From NCBI GenBank assembly GCA_965524675.1, contig CBERPN010000001.1, positions 1-53,815 on the forward strand: a stretch of 53,815 nucleotides of DNA, in the 5' to 3' direction. This DNA comes from an uncultured bacterium. GTDB lineage: Bacteria; Actinomycetota; Acidimicrobiia; Acidimicrobiales; SHLQ01. Below, piece after piece: positions 1 through 12,067 of the stretch. Both the position numbers and the translations under genes were made by a program. Each line of letters starts with the position of its first letter. Within the stretch, counting starts at the first letter, position 1. Below the pieces are notes generated by a model, which was not told where the DNA came from, ran no database searches, and saw only the letters and a list, made by a program, of their open reading frames with translations.

Positions 1-627
1 CTCACGGGCCTGAAGCATCGAGCCTGCCTGGCCGCGCCAAAGGGTCGCCGTGATCAGTGGGTGGTACGACCTGCGAGCGCGCAGCATCTCGTCTTCTAGT
101 AGCACCGCATAGTCAGGGTCTAGTTCTAGGTCTACCCCATTGATGCATTGCCAGTCGCGGTACGAGGCGGTGACGGCGCGGGGATCGCGCATCATTCCGA
201 CGATTCGAGCGTCGGGGTAGCGCTGGATGATTTCGTCGATGCGGAACACGTGGCGCGGTGTCATCTCACCTAAAACGGTGACACTGTCGTCCTTGGCGAC
301 GAGTTCGACGTAGGCCTCGAAGTAGGCATCGGCTGTTCCACCGAGCTCGCTCGCCCTTTTGCGCAGGTCGGCGCCGCTCATCCAACCTTTTTCGGCCTCA
401 CCTCCATGGCCGAACGAGCGGTGGGTGAGGGCCAGGAAGTATTGCTCGAGTCGGCGAGCGTCGGGGGCGGCGACACGGGTTGTCGAAGGGGAATCGATGG
501 TGGTTCGAATGTCGTCGAAGTAGTGGGTTTCGGCGGCAATACTGACCGATTGATGACGGGTTAGTAGCTCACGCATCATGTCGGTACCCGAGCGCGTCGG
601 ACCTACAACAAAGACTGGCTGATCCAT
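1..627 (-). CDS. sulfotransferase-family protein (N-terminal part; C-terminus runs off the window edge)
   Basis: Minus-strand frame is open from ATG at 627..625 down to base 1. It is absent from the ORF track because it has no in-window stop. My translation starts MDQPVFVVGPTRSGTDMMRELLTRHQSVS. The PTRSGT loop resembles the PAPS 5'-phosphosulfate-binding loop of sulfotransferases. Confidence 0.5.
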   Translation of the reverse strand, partial: MDQPVFVVGPTRSGTDMMRELLTRHQSVSIAAETHYFDDIRTTIDSPSTTRVAAPDARRLEQYFLALTHRSFGHGGEAEKGWMSGADLRKRASELGGTADAYFEAYVELVAKDDSVTVLGEMTPRHVFRIDEIIQRYPDARIVGMMRDPRAVTASYRDWQCINGVDLELDPDYAVLLEDEMLRARRSYHPLITATLWRGQAGSMLQARE

Positions 628-873
628 GCATGTTGTATCGACTGAACCGTCCAAGCTCTTGAGCCAGCCACTCAATGTGCGCCCGGGTTGTCAGCCGCCA
701 GTGGTTGTGTACCAGACTGTGCAACCGACTTTGCGATATTTTTCACAAAGTCTGTTTCTTCGGAAAAATCAGCTAGAACACGCCGCGGTCGCTAAGGTCT
801 ACGGCTGGCCGTGTCTAGAGACATTTCGCCAACCCGCTAAACCCTTCAATAATCGCCCAGCACGGAACTATCG

Positions 874-1134
874 ATGGACGCAACACAGCGACGCGATCTG
901 CACGACGGAATCGCCAGAAGCCATGGTGGCTTTGATCTGGCATTGTCGCCGGTCATGTTTGGTCTGCTCGGGCTCTGGATCGACACCAAGCTTGGGTTGG
1001 TTCCGCTATTTACGATCTCGTTCGTGGTAATCACATTTGTGGGCGTAGTACTAAAGACCTTCTACGTATATCGCTTCAGAATGAACGAAGAAGCAAAAAT
1101 AAGAGAAGAACGCAAAAACAGTGACTACCGCTGA
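874..1134 (+). CDS. AtpZ/AtpI-family small membrane protein (ATP synthase operon leader gene)
   Basis: 86-aa ORF with two hydrophobic helices (LALSPVMFGLLGLWID, LFTISFVVITFVGVVL). It is the first gene of the atp operon and overlaps the next ORF. Confidence 0.6.
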   Translation: MDATQRRDLHDGIARSHGGFDLALSPVMFGLLGLWIDTKLGLVPLFTISFVVITFVGVVLKTFYVYRFRMNEEAKIREERKNSDYR

Positions 1135-1567
1135 TCCTCTAACCCAAAGCCTGCAGGGCCCCCAGCCAGCGATCGAGATCGCGCGCGATCTCGCCCGCCG
1201 CGGTGTTCTAATAGCTCCGGTCATCGTTGGTATTGGTGCAGCGTTCTGGGGTGCAGCAGGGGCAGCCTCGGTTGGCTACGCGCTGGCAATCGTCATCGTT
1301 AACTTCTTGATGGCAGCGTTCTTGTTGGGCTACAGCGCACGGATTTCCTTTGCGCTTATGGGCGCAGCGGCGCTATTTGGCTTCCTCATTCGTTTGTCAC
1401 TCATATTCGTAGCCGTGATGGTCGTGCGAGACGCCTCTTGGGTACGCCTAGTTCCGTTGGGTATCACACTAATCGTTGCCCACTTGGGCCTACTGTTCTG
1501 GGAATTGCGCTATGTTTCCGGTTCGCTCGCTTATCCCGGACTCAAACCGCGCGCCAATAAGTCTTAG
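1121..1567 (+). CDS. atpI: ATP synthase protein I-like polytopic membrane protein
   Basis: 148-aa hydrophobic ORF with a GTG start, immediately upstream of atpB. The position and four-helix pattern are typical of AtpI. Confidence 0.55.
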   Translation: MTTADPLTQSLQGPQPAIEIARDLARRGVLIAPVIVGIGAAFWGAAGAASVGYALAIVIVNFLMAAFLLGYSARISFALMGAAALFGFLIRLSLIFVAVMVVRDASWVRLVPLGITLIVAHLGLLFWELRYVSGSLAYPGLKPRANKS

Positions 1568-1628
1568 CTGCTCCTGTGCACACTCCACGTATCTCTATCT
1601 CTCGAAAGCTAGGAAGGTCTTCTAACAG

Positions 1629-2396
1629 ATGATCCTCGGACTTGAATTTCCACCGATTGAAAATATCGTCGAATGGCCAGCTTGGCTGTTTTCTGACAAC
1701 AGCTGGCTGGCATTCAACAAGATCGGCTTCATCCATTTCCTCGGGCTGGCCTTGCCCGCTCTGCTTTTCTTCATGGCCGGTCGTCAAAAAGGTCTGGTGC
1801 CGAGCGGTGCTCGCAACGTCGCAGAGGGAATTGTCGACTTCATGGAGAAGCAAATCGTGCTTCCGACCATGGGCGCTGAAGGTATGCGCTACTTGCCGAT
1901 GCTTATCAGTTTCTTCCTCTATATTTTCATTGCTAACATCACCGAGGTAATCCCGTTCTTCCAGATGCCAGCTACCGCTCGCATGGCTGGCCCTTTGGTC
2001 CTGGCCTTAGTGGCTTGGGCCGCGTTTATCATCGTCGGGGTAAAGCACAACGGTTTGGGTTACTTCAAGTCGGTGCTGTTTCCGTCCGGGGTCCCCAAGG
2101 CTCTTTATCTGCTGGTTACGCCGATCGAAATTCTCTCGACGTTCATAATCCGACCCTTTAGCCATGCCGTGCGTCTGTTCGCCAACATGTTGGCTGGCCA
2201 TATTCTCATCGTGACCTTCTCGGTGCTTTGTATTGGCCTATGGGCGGCCAAGGTCACCATCATCGTCGAAGCGCTCACGTTTCCCGGCCTTGTCGCCTTC
2301 ACGGCCTTCGAGGTCGGTGTATCGCTAATTCAAGCGTTTGTGTTCACCATCCTGGCTTCGGTCTATATTGGCCTCGCCCTTCACCCCGAGCACTAG
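1629..2396 (+). CDS. atpB: F0F1 ATP synthase subunit a
   Basis: 255 aa. Contains the conserved FSHAVRLFANMLAGH region with the essential Arg, and sits in operon context. Confidence 0.93.
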   Translation: MILGLEFPPIENIVEWPAWLFSDNSWLAFNKIGFIHFLGLALPALLFFMAGRQKGLVPSGARNVAEGIVDFMEKQIVLPTMGAEGMRYLPMLISFFLYIFIANITEVIPFFQMPATARMAGPLVLALVAWAAFIIVGVKHNGLGYFKSVLFPSGVPKALYLLVTPIEILSTFIIRPFSHAVRLFANMLAGHILIVTFSVLCIGLWAAKVTIIVEALTFPGLVAFTAFEVGVSLIQAFVFTILASVYIGLALHPEH

Positions 2397-2421
2397 TTCA
2401 CCCTTGGGCCAGCAACGCTGA

Positions 2422-2781
<360 letters not shown>

Positions 2782-2796
2782 TCCCTAGGAGACACT

Positions 2797-3390
2797 GTGA
2801 CGATTCACGTCACCCTCGCCGGTAATACGGCGTACGTCTTCACTGAAGAAGACGGCGAAGAGCACGAAGCTGAAGAAGGCACCGAGGCCGGTCATGAAGA
2901 TGATGGTGTTACCAACCCGGTAATTCCTGCCAAGAACGAGATCTTCTACGCCGCCCTTTTCTTCTTCGCGCTCTGGGCGCTGATGAAGTATGTGCTGCTG
3001 CCGCCAATAATGGCAGTACGGGCCGAACGCGACGACAAGGTTCGTGCTGCGCGCGACTCTGCCGACATGGTCGACTCAGATCTTGGTGAGGCCACCAGCG
3101 AATACGATGCGACTATCGGTGCTGCTCGCGATGAAGCCAACGCAATATTGGCGACAGCGCGCGAAGACGCCGAGGCGCACCGTTCTCGACTGCAGGCTGC
3201 CGCCGACGAAGAGATCACAGGTCTTCGTTCGAACGCCGACGCCGAGCTCGCCGAGGCTAGAGCCACCGCTCTAGCCAGCATGCGCGGCGATGTCGGCGAC
3301 CTAGCCGTCGGAGCCGCTAGCCGGGTCATCGGCACAAACCTCGATCGCTCTGCCCAGCAGTCGATCATCGACAGCGTGCTCGGCTCGTGA
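2797..3390 (+). CDS. atpF: F0F1 ATP synthase subunit b (with acidic N-terminal extension)
   Basis: 197 aa. GTG start 5 nt after AGGAG (2787..2791). One TM helix (IFYAALFFFALWALMKYVLL) followed by an Ala/Glu/Arg-rich coiled-coil typical of b subunits. Confidence 0.85.
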   Translation: MTIHVTLAGNTAYVFTEEDGEEHEAEEGTEAGHEDDGVTNPVIPAKNEIFYAALFFFALWALMKYVLLPPIMAVRAERDDKVRAARDSADMVDSDLGEATSEYDATIGAARDEANAILATAREDAEAHRSRLQAAADEEITGLRSNADAELAEARATALASMRGDVGDLAVGAASRVIGTNLDRSAQQSIIDSVLGS

Positions 3391-3447
3391 GTCGTTCTCT
3401 GTCTCGTTCACTAATCAACAACGCAAAGAATTGGCGAGGTCCCACCT

Positions 3448-3966
3448 ATGTGGATTCTGGCATCTGAAGCCCCAAACGGGAATTGGCTACCCGGCGACGT
3501 CAACGAGTTCATCTGGGCGTCGCTGGCGTTCTTGGTCGTGCTCGCTATCGGTCTCTGGAAGGGCCTTGGCCCCATCAAGGCTGCACTGGCTGGGAGAACC
3601 GAACGAATCCGCGACGAACTCGCAGCGGCCGACAATGCTAAGGCCGAGGCCGACGCGCGGCGTACCGAACAGTTGGCCAAGCTCGGCGATGCCGACGCCG
3701 AAGCTCGCCAGATCGTCGTCGACGCCGAATCGCGCGCTACTACGATGAGGGCCGACCTAATGGCCAAGGCCGAAACCGATGTCGAGGCAACGAAGGCGAA
3801 AGCCCGTCTCGACATCGACGTCGCGAAAGGTGCGGCGTTGGCCGATATTCGAGCCGAAGCGGCAGCCAACGCGGCCGCGGCCGCCGAGGCTGTCGTTACA
3901 CAGAATCTCGACGATGCTCGCCTCGGTGCCCTGATCGACTCCTACATCACCGAGGTCGGAGCATGA
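3448..3966 (+). CDS. atpF2: second b-type ATP synthase stalk subunit (b')
   Basis: 172 aa. N-terminal TM helix (FIWASLAFLVVLAIGLW) plus a long Ala/Glu/Lys/Arg-rich helix. Lies between b and delta. Confidence 0.8.
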   Translation: MWILASEAPNGNWLPGDVNEFIWASLAFLVVLAIGLWKGLGPIKAALAGRTERIRDELAAADNAKAEADARRTEQLAKLGDADAEARQIVVDAESRATTMRADLMAKAETDVEATKAKARLDIDVAKGAALADIRAEAAANAAAAAEAVVTQNLDDARLGALIDSYITEVGA

Positions 3967-4487
3967 GCGACGCAGTTTCCGGATACGCCGACGCAGTTCT
4001 GGCGATCGCAAGTGCTGAAGGCGACCCGAACGTTGAGGGTCAGCTTGCATCGTTTGCGCAAACCCTCGCAACCAACGACGCTCTGAGCTCTGCTATTACC
4101 GACCCATCCACGCCGGTAGAACGTCGTCAACAGGTGGTTGAAGATCTGTTGGGAGGCCGTGCCACCCAGGCCACCAAGGCGGCGATATCAATGATCATCG
4201 CCGCTGGTCGAGCGAAGGACCTTCCAGCCATTGCATCGGCGGTGTCGCAGCGCGGCTCTGCCGGTCGCGGGCGCCAGTTCGCCGAAGTTCGGTCGGCTAT
4301 TCCACTGACCGCCGATCAAACCGAGCGGCTTGCGGCCGCGCTTAAGCGCTCGACGGGCAAGGACGTCGAAATCAGTGTCATCGTCGACGAGAGCGTCGTC
4401 GGTGGTCTCGTAACCCAGATCGGCGACACCGTTATCGACGGAAGCGTCCGAAATCGCCTCGTCAAGATGCGCGACGCATTCCACTAA
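3963..4487 (+). CDS. atpH: F0F1 ATP synthase subunit delta (OSCP)
   Basis: 174 aa. ATGA overlap with the preceding gene. C-terminal VDESVVGGLVTQIGDTVIDGSVRNRL matches the OSCP/delta signature. Confidence 0.88.
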   Translation: MSDAVSGYADAVLAIASAEGDPNVEGQLASFAQTLATNDALSSAITDPSTPVERRQQVVEDLLGGRATQATKAAISMIIAAGRAKDLPAIASAVSQRGSAGRGRQFAEVRSAIPLTADQTERLAAALKRSTGKDVEISVIVDESVVGGLVTQIGDTVIDGSVRNRLVKMRDAFH

Positions 4488-4546
4488 TTAGCTAATCCTT
4501 TTACATTCCAATTCTGCCGTCAGGCACAGAAAACAGAGAGAAATTC

Positions 4547-6199
4547 ATGTCGGATCTCACGATCAACACGAACGACATTACCGCCGCCCTCAAGGCCAAC
4601 CTCGAGGGTTTTACGACCTCGCTCGAGCAGGCCCAGGTTGGGCGCATCACCGAGGTAGGCGACGGAATCGCACGCATCTCGGGCCTTCCCGATGCCGCGG
4701 TGAACGAGATGCTCGAGTTCGCGAACGGTGCCACCGGCCTCGCTCTCAACCTTGACGAAACCTCGATTGGCGCGGTGATACTTGGCGGCACCGAAGGCCT
4801 AGAAGAAGGCCAAATTGTACGCGCCACCGGCGAGATCTTGTCGGTACCGGTAGGCGATGGCGTTCTCGGTCGGGTGGTTAGCCCGCTCGGCGTTCCGCTC
4901 GATGGCAAAGGCCCTCTTAGTAACACTCAGACACGGCGTATGGAAGTGCAAGCTCCCGGAATCATGGGTCGTCAGCCAGTTGCCGAGCCAATGCAGACCG
5001 GAATCAAGGCGATCGATTCGCTAATACCGGTTGGGCGTGGGCAGCGAGAACTAATCATCGGCGACCGCAAGACCGGCAAGACCACCATTGGCATCGACAC
5101 GATCCTGAACCAGAAGGGGCTCGGGGTTAAGTGCATCTATGTCGCGATTGGACAAAAGGCTTCAACGGTCGCTCAGACGGTTGCTCTGTTAGATGAATTC
5201 GGAGCCCTTGAGTACACCGTGGTGGTGCTGGCGCCGGCGTCCGAGCCTGCCCCGTTCAAGTACATCGCGCCGTACGCCGGTTGCGCTATGGGTCAGCACT
5301 GGATGGAAACGGGCGAGCACGCGCTTATCGTCTACGACGATCTCTCCAAGCAAGCCGAGGCGTACCGCCAGATGTCGCTGCTGCTGCGCCGTCCGCCAGG
5401 GCGCGAGGCTTATCCCGGCGATGTGTTTTACCTGCACAGCCGCCTGCTCGAACGTGCCGCCAAGTTGTCCGACGAACTCGGAGCAGGCTCACTAACCGCT
5501 CTTCCGATTATCGAAACCAAGGCTGGTGACGTGTCGGCCTATATCCCAACCAATGTGATCTCGATAACCGATGGTCAGATCTTCTTGCAAGACGATCTGT
5601 TCAAGTCGGGTGTGCGGCCAGCGGTCGATGTAGGAATTTCGGTTTCTCGAGTCGGCTCGGCTGCCCAGATCAAGGCCATGAAGACCGCGGTGGGAACGCT
5701 CAAATCCGATCTGCAACAGTTTCGTGAACTCGAGGCGTTCGCTGCGTTCGGCTCCGATCTCGACCCGGTGTCCCAAGCCCAACTCGACCGCGGTTACCGT
5801 CTCACTGAACTGCTGAAGCAGGGCATTAGCTCACCGTTGCCAGTTCAGATGCAGGTCGTGTCGCTGTATGCGGGAACTCAGGGTTTCCTCGACTCGATTC
5901 CCGTTGCCGATGTGAGTCGTTTCGAAACAGGCCTGCTTGAGCATATGACTAGCGGACATGCCGGGTTGCTGAGCGACATCGTCTCCACCGGTAAGATTGC
6001 TGACGAAGATGCCTTCGACGCGGCTATCAAGAGTTACGCCGATGGCTTCGTGGCGAGCGATGGCAGCGTCTCTGCGCCCGATGTGACCGACCCCGGAGAT
6101 TCAACCAGTACAGTCGTCGACAGCGACATGACGCTTCCCGAGGAAGATATTTCTCGCGAGGACCCCGAGAAAGACATTTCTCGCGAGGGCAAGGCATAG
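4547..6199 (+). CDS. atpA: F0F1 ATP synthase subunit alpha (with ~49-aa acidic C-terminal tail)
   Basis: 550 aa. Walker A GDRKTGKT plus conserved alpha-subunit blocks ([23 protein letters not shown]). Confidence 0.96.
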   Translation: MSDLTINTNDITAALKANLEGFTTSLEQAQVGRITEVGDGIARISGLPDAAVNEMLEFANGATGLALNLDETSIGAVILGGTEGLEEGQIVRATGEILSVPVGDGVLGRVVSPLGVPLDGKGPLSNTQTRRMEVQAPGIMGRQPVAEPMQTGIKAIDSLIPVGRGQRELIIGDRKTGKTTIGIDTILNQKGLGVKCIYVAIGQKASTVAQTVALLDEFGALEYTVVVLAPASEPAPFKYIAPYAGCAMGQHWMETGEHALIVYDDLSKQAEAYRQMSLLLRRPPGREAYPGDVFYLHSRLLERAAKLSDELGAGSLTALPIIETKAGDVSAYIPTNVISITDGQIFLQDDLFKSGVRPAVDVGISVSRVGSAAQIKAMKTAVGTLKSDLQQFRELEAFAAFGSDLDPVSQAQLDRGYRLTELLKQGISSPLPVQMQVVSLYAGTQGFLDSIPVADVSRFETGLLEHMTSGHAGLLSDIVSTGKIADEDAFDAAIKSYADGFVASDGSVSAPDVTDPGDSTSTVVDSDMTLPEEDISREDPEKDISREGKA

Positions 6200-6203
6200 C
6201 CTT

Positions 6204-7157
6204 ATGGCCGGTGCAAAGGAACGGGTTCTTCGGCGTCGCATTGCGAGCGTCAATTCAACAAAGAAGATCACCCGCGCCATGGAGCTAATCGCCGCGACAC
6301 GCGTAGTTAAGGCAATGCAGCGAGCCAAAGAAGCCAAACCTTACGCGGTTCAGATCACCTCGGTAATCGAGAATCTGGCGGCGGGTGGGGCAGCGTCCGA
6401 TCATCCACTGTTGCGCGAGCCCGATCATGTTAAACGGGTCGGAATTATCGCTATCGCAGGCGACCGCGGTCTTGCGGGCCCCTACAACGCTGGAGTTATT
6501 CGGGCCGCCGAGACCCAACTCAACGCAGCACGCACCGATGGCGCCGAGTACGCACTCATTTTGCTTGGCAAAAAGACCAACGATTACTTTAATTTTCGCG
6601 GCTACGACATTGCTAAGTCCTTCGAAGGAATGAGCGATTCGCCCACTTATGAAAACGCACGCGAGGTCGCTGGCGAGGTGATGGCGATGTTCGTCGAGGG
6701 CGAGATCGATCGTGTCGAACTCATCTACACCGAGTTCATCTCGATGGGTACCCAACAAGTAACGGTCCGCCGCTTTCTGCCGCTAGAGAGCACCGACACG
6801 ATCGCGGAGTCGGGTAGCGGAGAATCATCAGCGCTCGCATCCTTCGAGTTTGAACCGTCGGCTGGGGGAGTGTTGGCTTCGCTGCTTCCCCGGTATGTCG
6901 AGGCTCGCCTTTTCGGAGCGATGCTCGAAGCCGCGGCATCCGAACACGCCAACCGGCAGCGCGCCATGAAGGCTGCCACCGACAACGCCGAAGAGCTCAA
7001 GACCAAGCTCACCCGCGAGATGAACCAGGTTCGCCAAGAAGCCATTACCACCGAAATTTCCGAGATCGTCAGCGGCGCCGAAGCTCTCGGTGGCGACGAC
7101 GAGGAAGCCGCCATCGAACTAATCCTCGCCAATAACCCGACGGCGTCGATCCACTAG
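6204..7157 (+). CDS. atpG: F0F1 ATP synthase subunit gamma
   Basis: 317 aa. N-terminal RRIASVNSTKKITRAMELIAATR and C-terminal ITTEISEIVSGAEAL are gamma hallmarks. Confidence 0.94.
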   Translation: MAGAKERVLRRRIASVNSTKKITRAMELIAATRVVKAMQRAKEAKPYAVQITSVIENLAAGGAASDHPLLREPDHVKRVGIIAIAGDRGLAGPYNAGVIRAAETQLNAARTDGAEYALILLGKKTNDYFNFRGYDIAKSFEGMSDSPTYENAREVAGEVMAMFVEGEIDRVELIYTEFISMGTQQVTVRRFLPLESTDTIAESGSGESSALASFEFEPSAGGVLASLLPRYVEARLFGAMLEAAASEHANRQRAMKAATDNAEELKTKLTREMNQVRQEAITTEISEIVSGAEALGGDDEEAAIELILANNPTASIH

Positions 7158-7189
7158 TCAGTCGCACGACCAGCCGAAACAAGTACTGA

Positions 7190-8668
<1,479 letters not shown>

Positions 8669-8698
8669 GCTGACCCGGTTCGATTAGGGAATTGTTCA

Positions 8699-9100
8699 AT
8701 GCTGCAAGTCGAAGTCGTATCTCCAGAGGCGATCATCTACTCCGGCGACGCCGAGATGGTGGTCGCCCGCACTGTCGGCGGCGGCGATATCGCCTTTCAG
8801 CCGGGGCACGTGCCTTTCATTGGTGTGTTGCAAATTTGGTCGGCAAAGATCATCAAGGCCGATGGCGCCGATGAGTTCGCCGTGCATTCAGGCTTTCTTC
8901 AGATGGCCCACGACAAGGTAACGATTCTTTCCGATGTCTCCGAGACCAAGGACGAGATCGACATAGAACGAGCCACCGAGGCCAAGACCCGCGCCGAAGC
9001 CGCGATAGCGGGCAGCGAAGATGATTCTGAAGCCAAAGCCGCTCTACAACGGGCTCAGGTCCGGCTGTCGGTAGCAGGAGTAAGCTCAGCAAGCTATTAG
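8699..9100 (+). CDS. atpC: F0F1 ATP synthase subunit epsilon
   Basis: 133 aa. Last gene of the operon, with a beta-sandwich N-terminus plus a helical Ala-rich C-terminus. Confidence 0.9.
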   Translation: MLQVEVVSPEAIIYSGDAEMVVARTVGGGDIAFQPGHVPFIGVLQIWSAKIIKADGADEFAVHSGFLQMAHDKVTILSDVSETKDEIDIERATEAKTRAEAAIAGSEDDSEAKAALQRAQVRLSVAGVSSASY

Positions 9101-9903
9101 TCGGGGATTTCTAGGTCGAGGATGCCCTCTTCTGGGTCTGGAAACGACATTCCTAGGTCGTTGAGGGTGTCGACTAGGATTTCGCTAATGAGCCGGTCGC
9201 GAAACCATTTGCGGTCGGCTGGGATGACGTACCACGGTGCGTGGTCGGTCGAGGTTTCCTCGAGCATGACTCGAAACGCCTCTTGGTAATCCGACCATCG
9301 TTCGCGCTCGGTCAGATCGCCCTTTTCGAACTTCCAGTTCTTCTCAGGGGTATCGAGACGTGACTGCAGACGCTCCTTTTGTTCAGCTCGCGAGATGTGC
9401 AGGAAGATTTTGATGATCGTGGTGCCCTCGTCGGCCAGCATTCGTTCCCATTCGCGGATGTGGCGGTAACGCTTCTGCCAGACCTTCTCGGGAGCGAAGC
9501 CGTGCACCCGCACTATTAGTACGTCCTCATAGTGCGACCTGTTGAAAACCACCATGTGCCCGTTCTTCGGAGCGTGTTGATGGACTCGCCACAAGTAGTC
9601 GTGAGCGAGCTCGACCGAGGTCGGTTTCTTGAATGAGGCGACTTGAACTCCGGCCGGGTTGAGACGATCGAGCACTCGCCGAATTGTGCCGTCCTTGCCG
9701 CCGGTATCGGTTGCTTGAAGCACGAGCAGAACTTTGTGCTTACCCTCGGCATACAAGAGTTCCTGAAGTGCTTCGAGCTCGAGGTTGAGCACTTCGGTCT
9801 CGGCCTTGGCCTCGTCTTTGTCGTAGCCGCCGTTCTCGTTGGTCTCCCAGTCGCTAAGGTCGACCTCAGCGCCTTCTGAAACACGATACCTAGAAATATC
9901 CAT
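9097..9903 (-). CDS. ppk2: polyphosphate kinase 2 family protein (single-domain PPK2)
   Basis: Contains the PPK2 Walker-A-like QATDTGGKDGTIRRV and FNRSHYEDVL blocks. The ORF track starts at a TTG (9942); I prefer the ATG at 9903 (MDISRYRV...). The stop overlaps the atpC stop convergently. Confidence 0.85.
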   Translation of the reverse strand: MDISRYRVSEGAEVDLSDWETNENGGYDKDEAKAETEVLNLELEALQELLYAEGKHKVLLVLQATDTGGKDGTIRRVLDRLNPAGVQVASFKKPTSVELAHDYLWRVHQHAPKNGHMVVFNRSHYEDVLIVRVHGFAPEKVWQKRYRHIREWERMLADEGTTIIKIFLHISRAEQKERLQSRLDTPEKNWKFEKGDLTERERWSDYQEAFRVMLEETSTDHAPWYVIPADRKWFRDRLISEILVDTLNDLGMSFPDPEEGILDLEIPD

Positions 9904-10010
9904 AGGTCTTTCTAGCTCGAAAAGAAGGAGCACGTCGCTCAACGTCGGTGAAAAGTGCCTTGTCAGTCAGCCTTCGCAGCGGTCTGGTGTCGGCGGCAAC
10001 CCATTGGCTA

Positions 10011-11006
10011 CTAATACTTGATGTCGGCGTAGCTGTTTATTTTGTCGATATGGTGCTGAGCGTTGATTTGTCGGACCGTGCCCGAACGAGAGCGCATTAC
10101 CAGTGATTGTGTGTGGGCACCACGCGAGTCGTAGTGCACTCCCTTTAACAATTCGCCGTCGGTGATTCCGGTAGCGGCAAAGAAACAGTCGTCGCTACTG
10201 ACGAGGCGGTCGGTGGTAAGGACCTCCGAAAGGTCCCAGCCTCCTTCGACCGCCGCTGTGCGCTCGGACTCATTGCGCGGCCATAACCGTCCCTGCATTT
10301 CGCCACCCATGGCCTTTAGCGCGGCGGCGGTTATGACGCCCTCGGGGGTTCCGCCGATACCCAGCAAGATGTCGACGCCAGATCCTGGCCATGCGGTGGC
10401 CAAAGCGCCAGCAACGTCGCCATCAGGAATCAATGCAATCCGCGCGCCAGCCTCACGAACCTCCGCGACAAGATCTTCGTGCCGGTCGCGGTCGAGAATA
10501 GCCACAGTGAGGTCGCGTACGTTTTCGTGTTTCGCTTCTGCTACCGCTTCAAGGTTTTCGGTAGGCGACTTTGTAATGTCGATCACCCCAGCACAGTCGG
10601 GACCGACAGCGATCTTTTCCATGTACACGCACGGGCCAGGGTCGTACATGGTTCCGCGGGGTGAAACCGCAATCACAGCGATGGCTCCACCTCTTCCGAG
10701 TGCTGTCAGGGTGGTGCCGTCGATGGGGTCGACGGCAACGTCGGTTAAAGGTGGTTCCTCGTTGCCGACGATCTCACCGTTCCAGAGCATCGGCGCTTCG
10801 TCCTTTTCGCCTTCGCCGATAACTACTAGGCCTTCCATCGACACAGACTTCAGCATCAGTCGCATGGCGTCGACGGCTGCTCCGTCGGCGCCTTCTTTGT
10901 CGCCGCGGCCCATCCAACGCGATGCTGCTAGCGCTGCCGATTCGGTAACTCGAACGAGTTCGAGTGCAAGATTTCGATCGGGGATTTGGTTTGTACTCTC
11001 GGTCAT
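10011..11006 (-). CDS. glpX: class II fructose-1,6-bisphosphatase
   Basis: 331 aa. GlpX blocks [19 protein letters not shown] and IGGTPEGV. Confidence 0.92.
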   Translation of the reverse strand: MTESTNQIPDRNLALELVRVTESAALAASRWMGRGDKEGADGAAVDAMRLMLKSVSMEGLVVIGEGEKDEAPMLWNGEIVGNEEPPLTDVAVDPIDGTTLTALGRGGAIAVIAVSPRGTMYDPGPCVYMEKIAVGPDCAGVIDITKSPTENLEAVAEAKHENVRDLTVAILDRDRHEDLVAEVREAGARIALIPDGDVAGALATAWPGSGVDILLGIGGTPEGVITAAALKAMGGEMQGRLWPRNESERTAAVEGGWDLSEVLTTDRLVSSDDCFFAATGITDGELLKGVHYDSRGAHTQSLVMRSRSGTVRQINAQHHIDKINSYADIKY

Positions 11007-11118
11007 GGGCGGACAGTACCTTTCATTGCTGGATGAGGGCTATATAGGTTCCTTCGGCTCCCGAGTGTGGAACCTGAGACGCCATACCGCAGACTAAGGG
11101 ATGAGCAAGGACATCAGA

Positions 11119-12008
11119 TGAATAGTGCCAACGATGATCACCGCCATCCTGAAGAGGGATTAGCGCCGCAGTCCGACAAAGTCGTTCCGACCAGCGAAGC
11201 CAGTCGCTGGTGCTTTCAGTGCGCAAGCGAGTACGTCGCAGGTACCGAGACCTGCCCCGAATGTGGTGTTGGGCTGGTCGACTATGCCCCCATCGCGGCG
11301 GCGGCTGTGGGTTCAGAAGACGAAGAGCAGATGATTTATGAGCTTCATGAATGGGCGTTCGAGTCGCGCCGCATGCTCGATCAGATCCTCACCGGCGACG
11401 GTGTGGAACATGCCTGGCAGGGTGCTGAGCTAATAATCCGAGACGCCGATGAGGCTCGGGTCGATGCTGTAATCGAAGCGGTTGAGCGCACCACGCTTCC
11501 CAGTCTCGACGAGGATGCACCCAAAGAGGTCTACGAGATGGCTGGCTGGGAGGCGGAGCAACAAAGCGATCTCTCTGCAAAACTTGGGCTAGCCGGGATT
11601 CCGCACGAGTTTAACCAGGAGGGTGATCTGGTTGTTCTCGTCAGCGATGAAGAGGCAACCGAAGCAGTGTTCGACGAGGTTCTTGACGAGATCGATAGTT
11701 CCGGAGAGGACGAGAGCGATTTGGAGTTGCTGGAGGGCTTAGATGCGAATCTTTTAATGAGTTCGGTATTCGATGCGGCGTCCCGCATAGCGAAAGATGC
11801 ACGCGACTACCGGGGAGTTCTTGAACTCACCGAACACGGGGGCCGCATGCGCCAATGCAAACGACCATTCGGCTTCGACAAAGCCACTTGGCGTGGGATA
11901 ACCGACCTTGTAGCGACGATCCAAGATGAGATTGAAGTAGACGGAGACGATGTGCTCATCGCAGAGACCGCTGCGACGTTACGGAATCAACTCCACAAAC
12001 TCATCTGA
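11119..12008 (+). CDS. hypothetical acidic protein with N-terminal zinc-ribbon
   Basis: CFQC-x11-CPEC motif near the N-terminus; the rest is strongly acidic. I prefer the ATG at 11119 (AAGGA upstream) over the ORF-track start at 11067. Confidence 0.5.
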
Positions 12009-12067
12009 GCGCTGGCTGGCTGTTCCGATGACTGGTAGCGGGGCAAGGCGAGTACCGTCGACGGGTT

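Noticed and set aside
626-1030. 134-aa ORF spanning the sulfotransferase-atp intergenic region and running into the atpZ-like gene
   Set aside because: It starts within the divergent gene's start codon region, crosses an AT-richer promoter-like spacer and overlaps the better-supported 874..1134 ORF in another frame. No motifs found.
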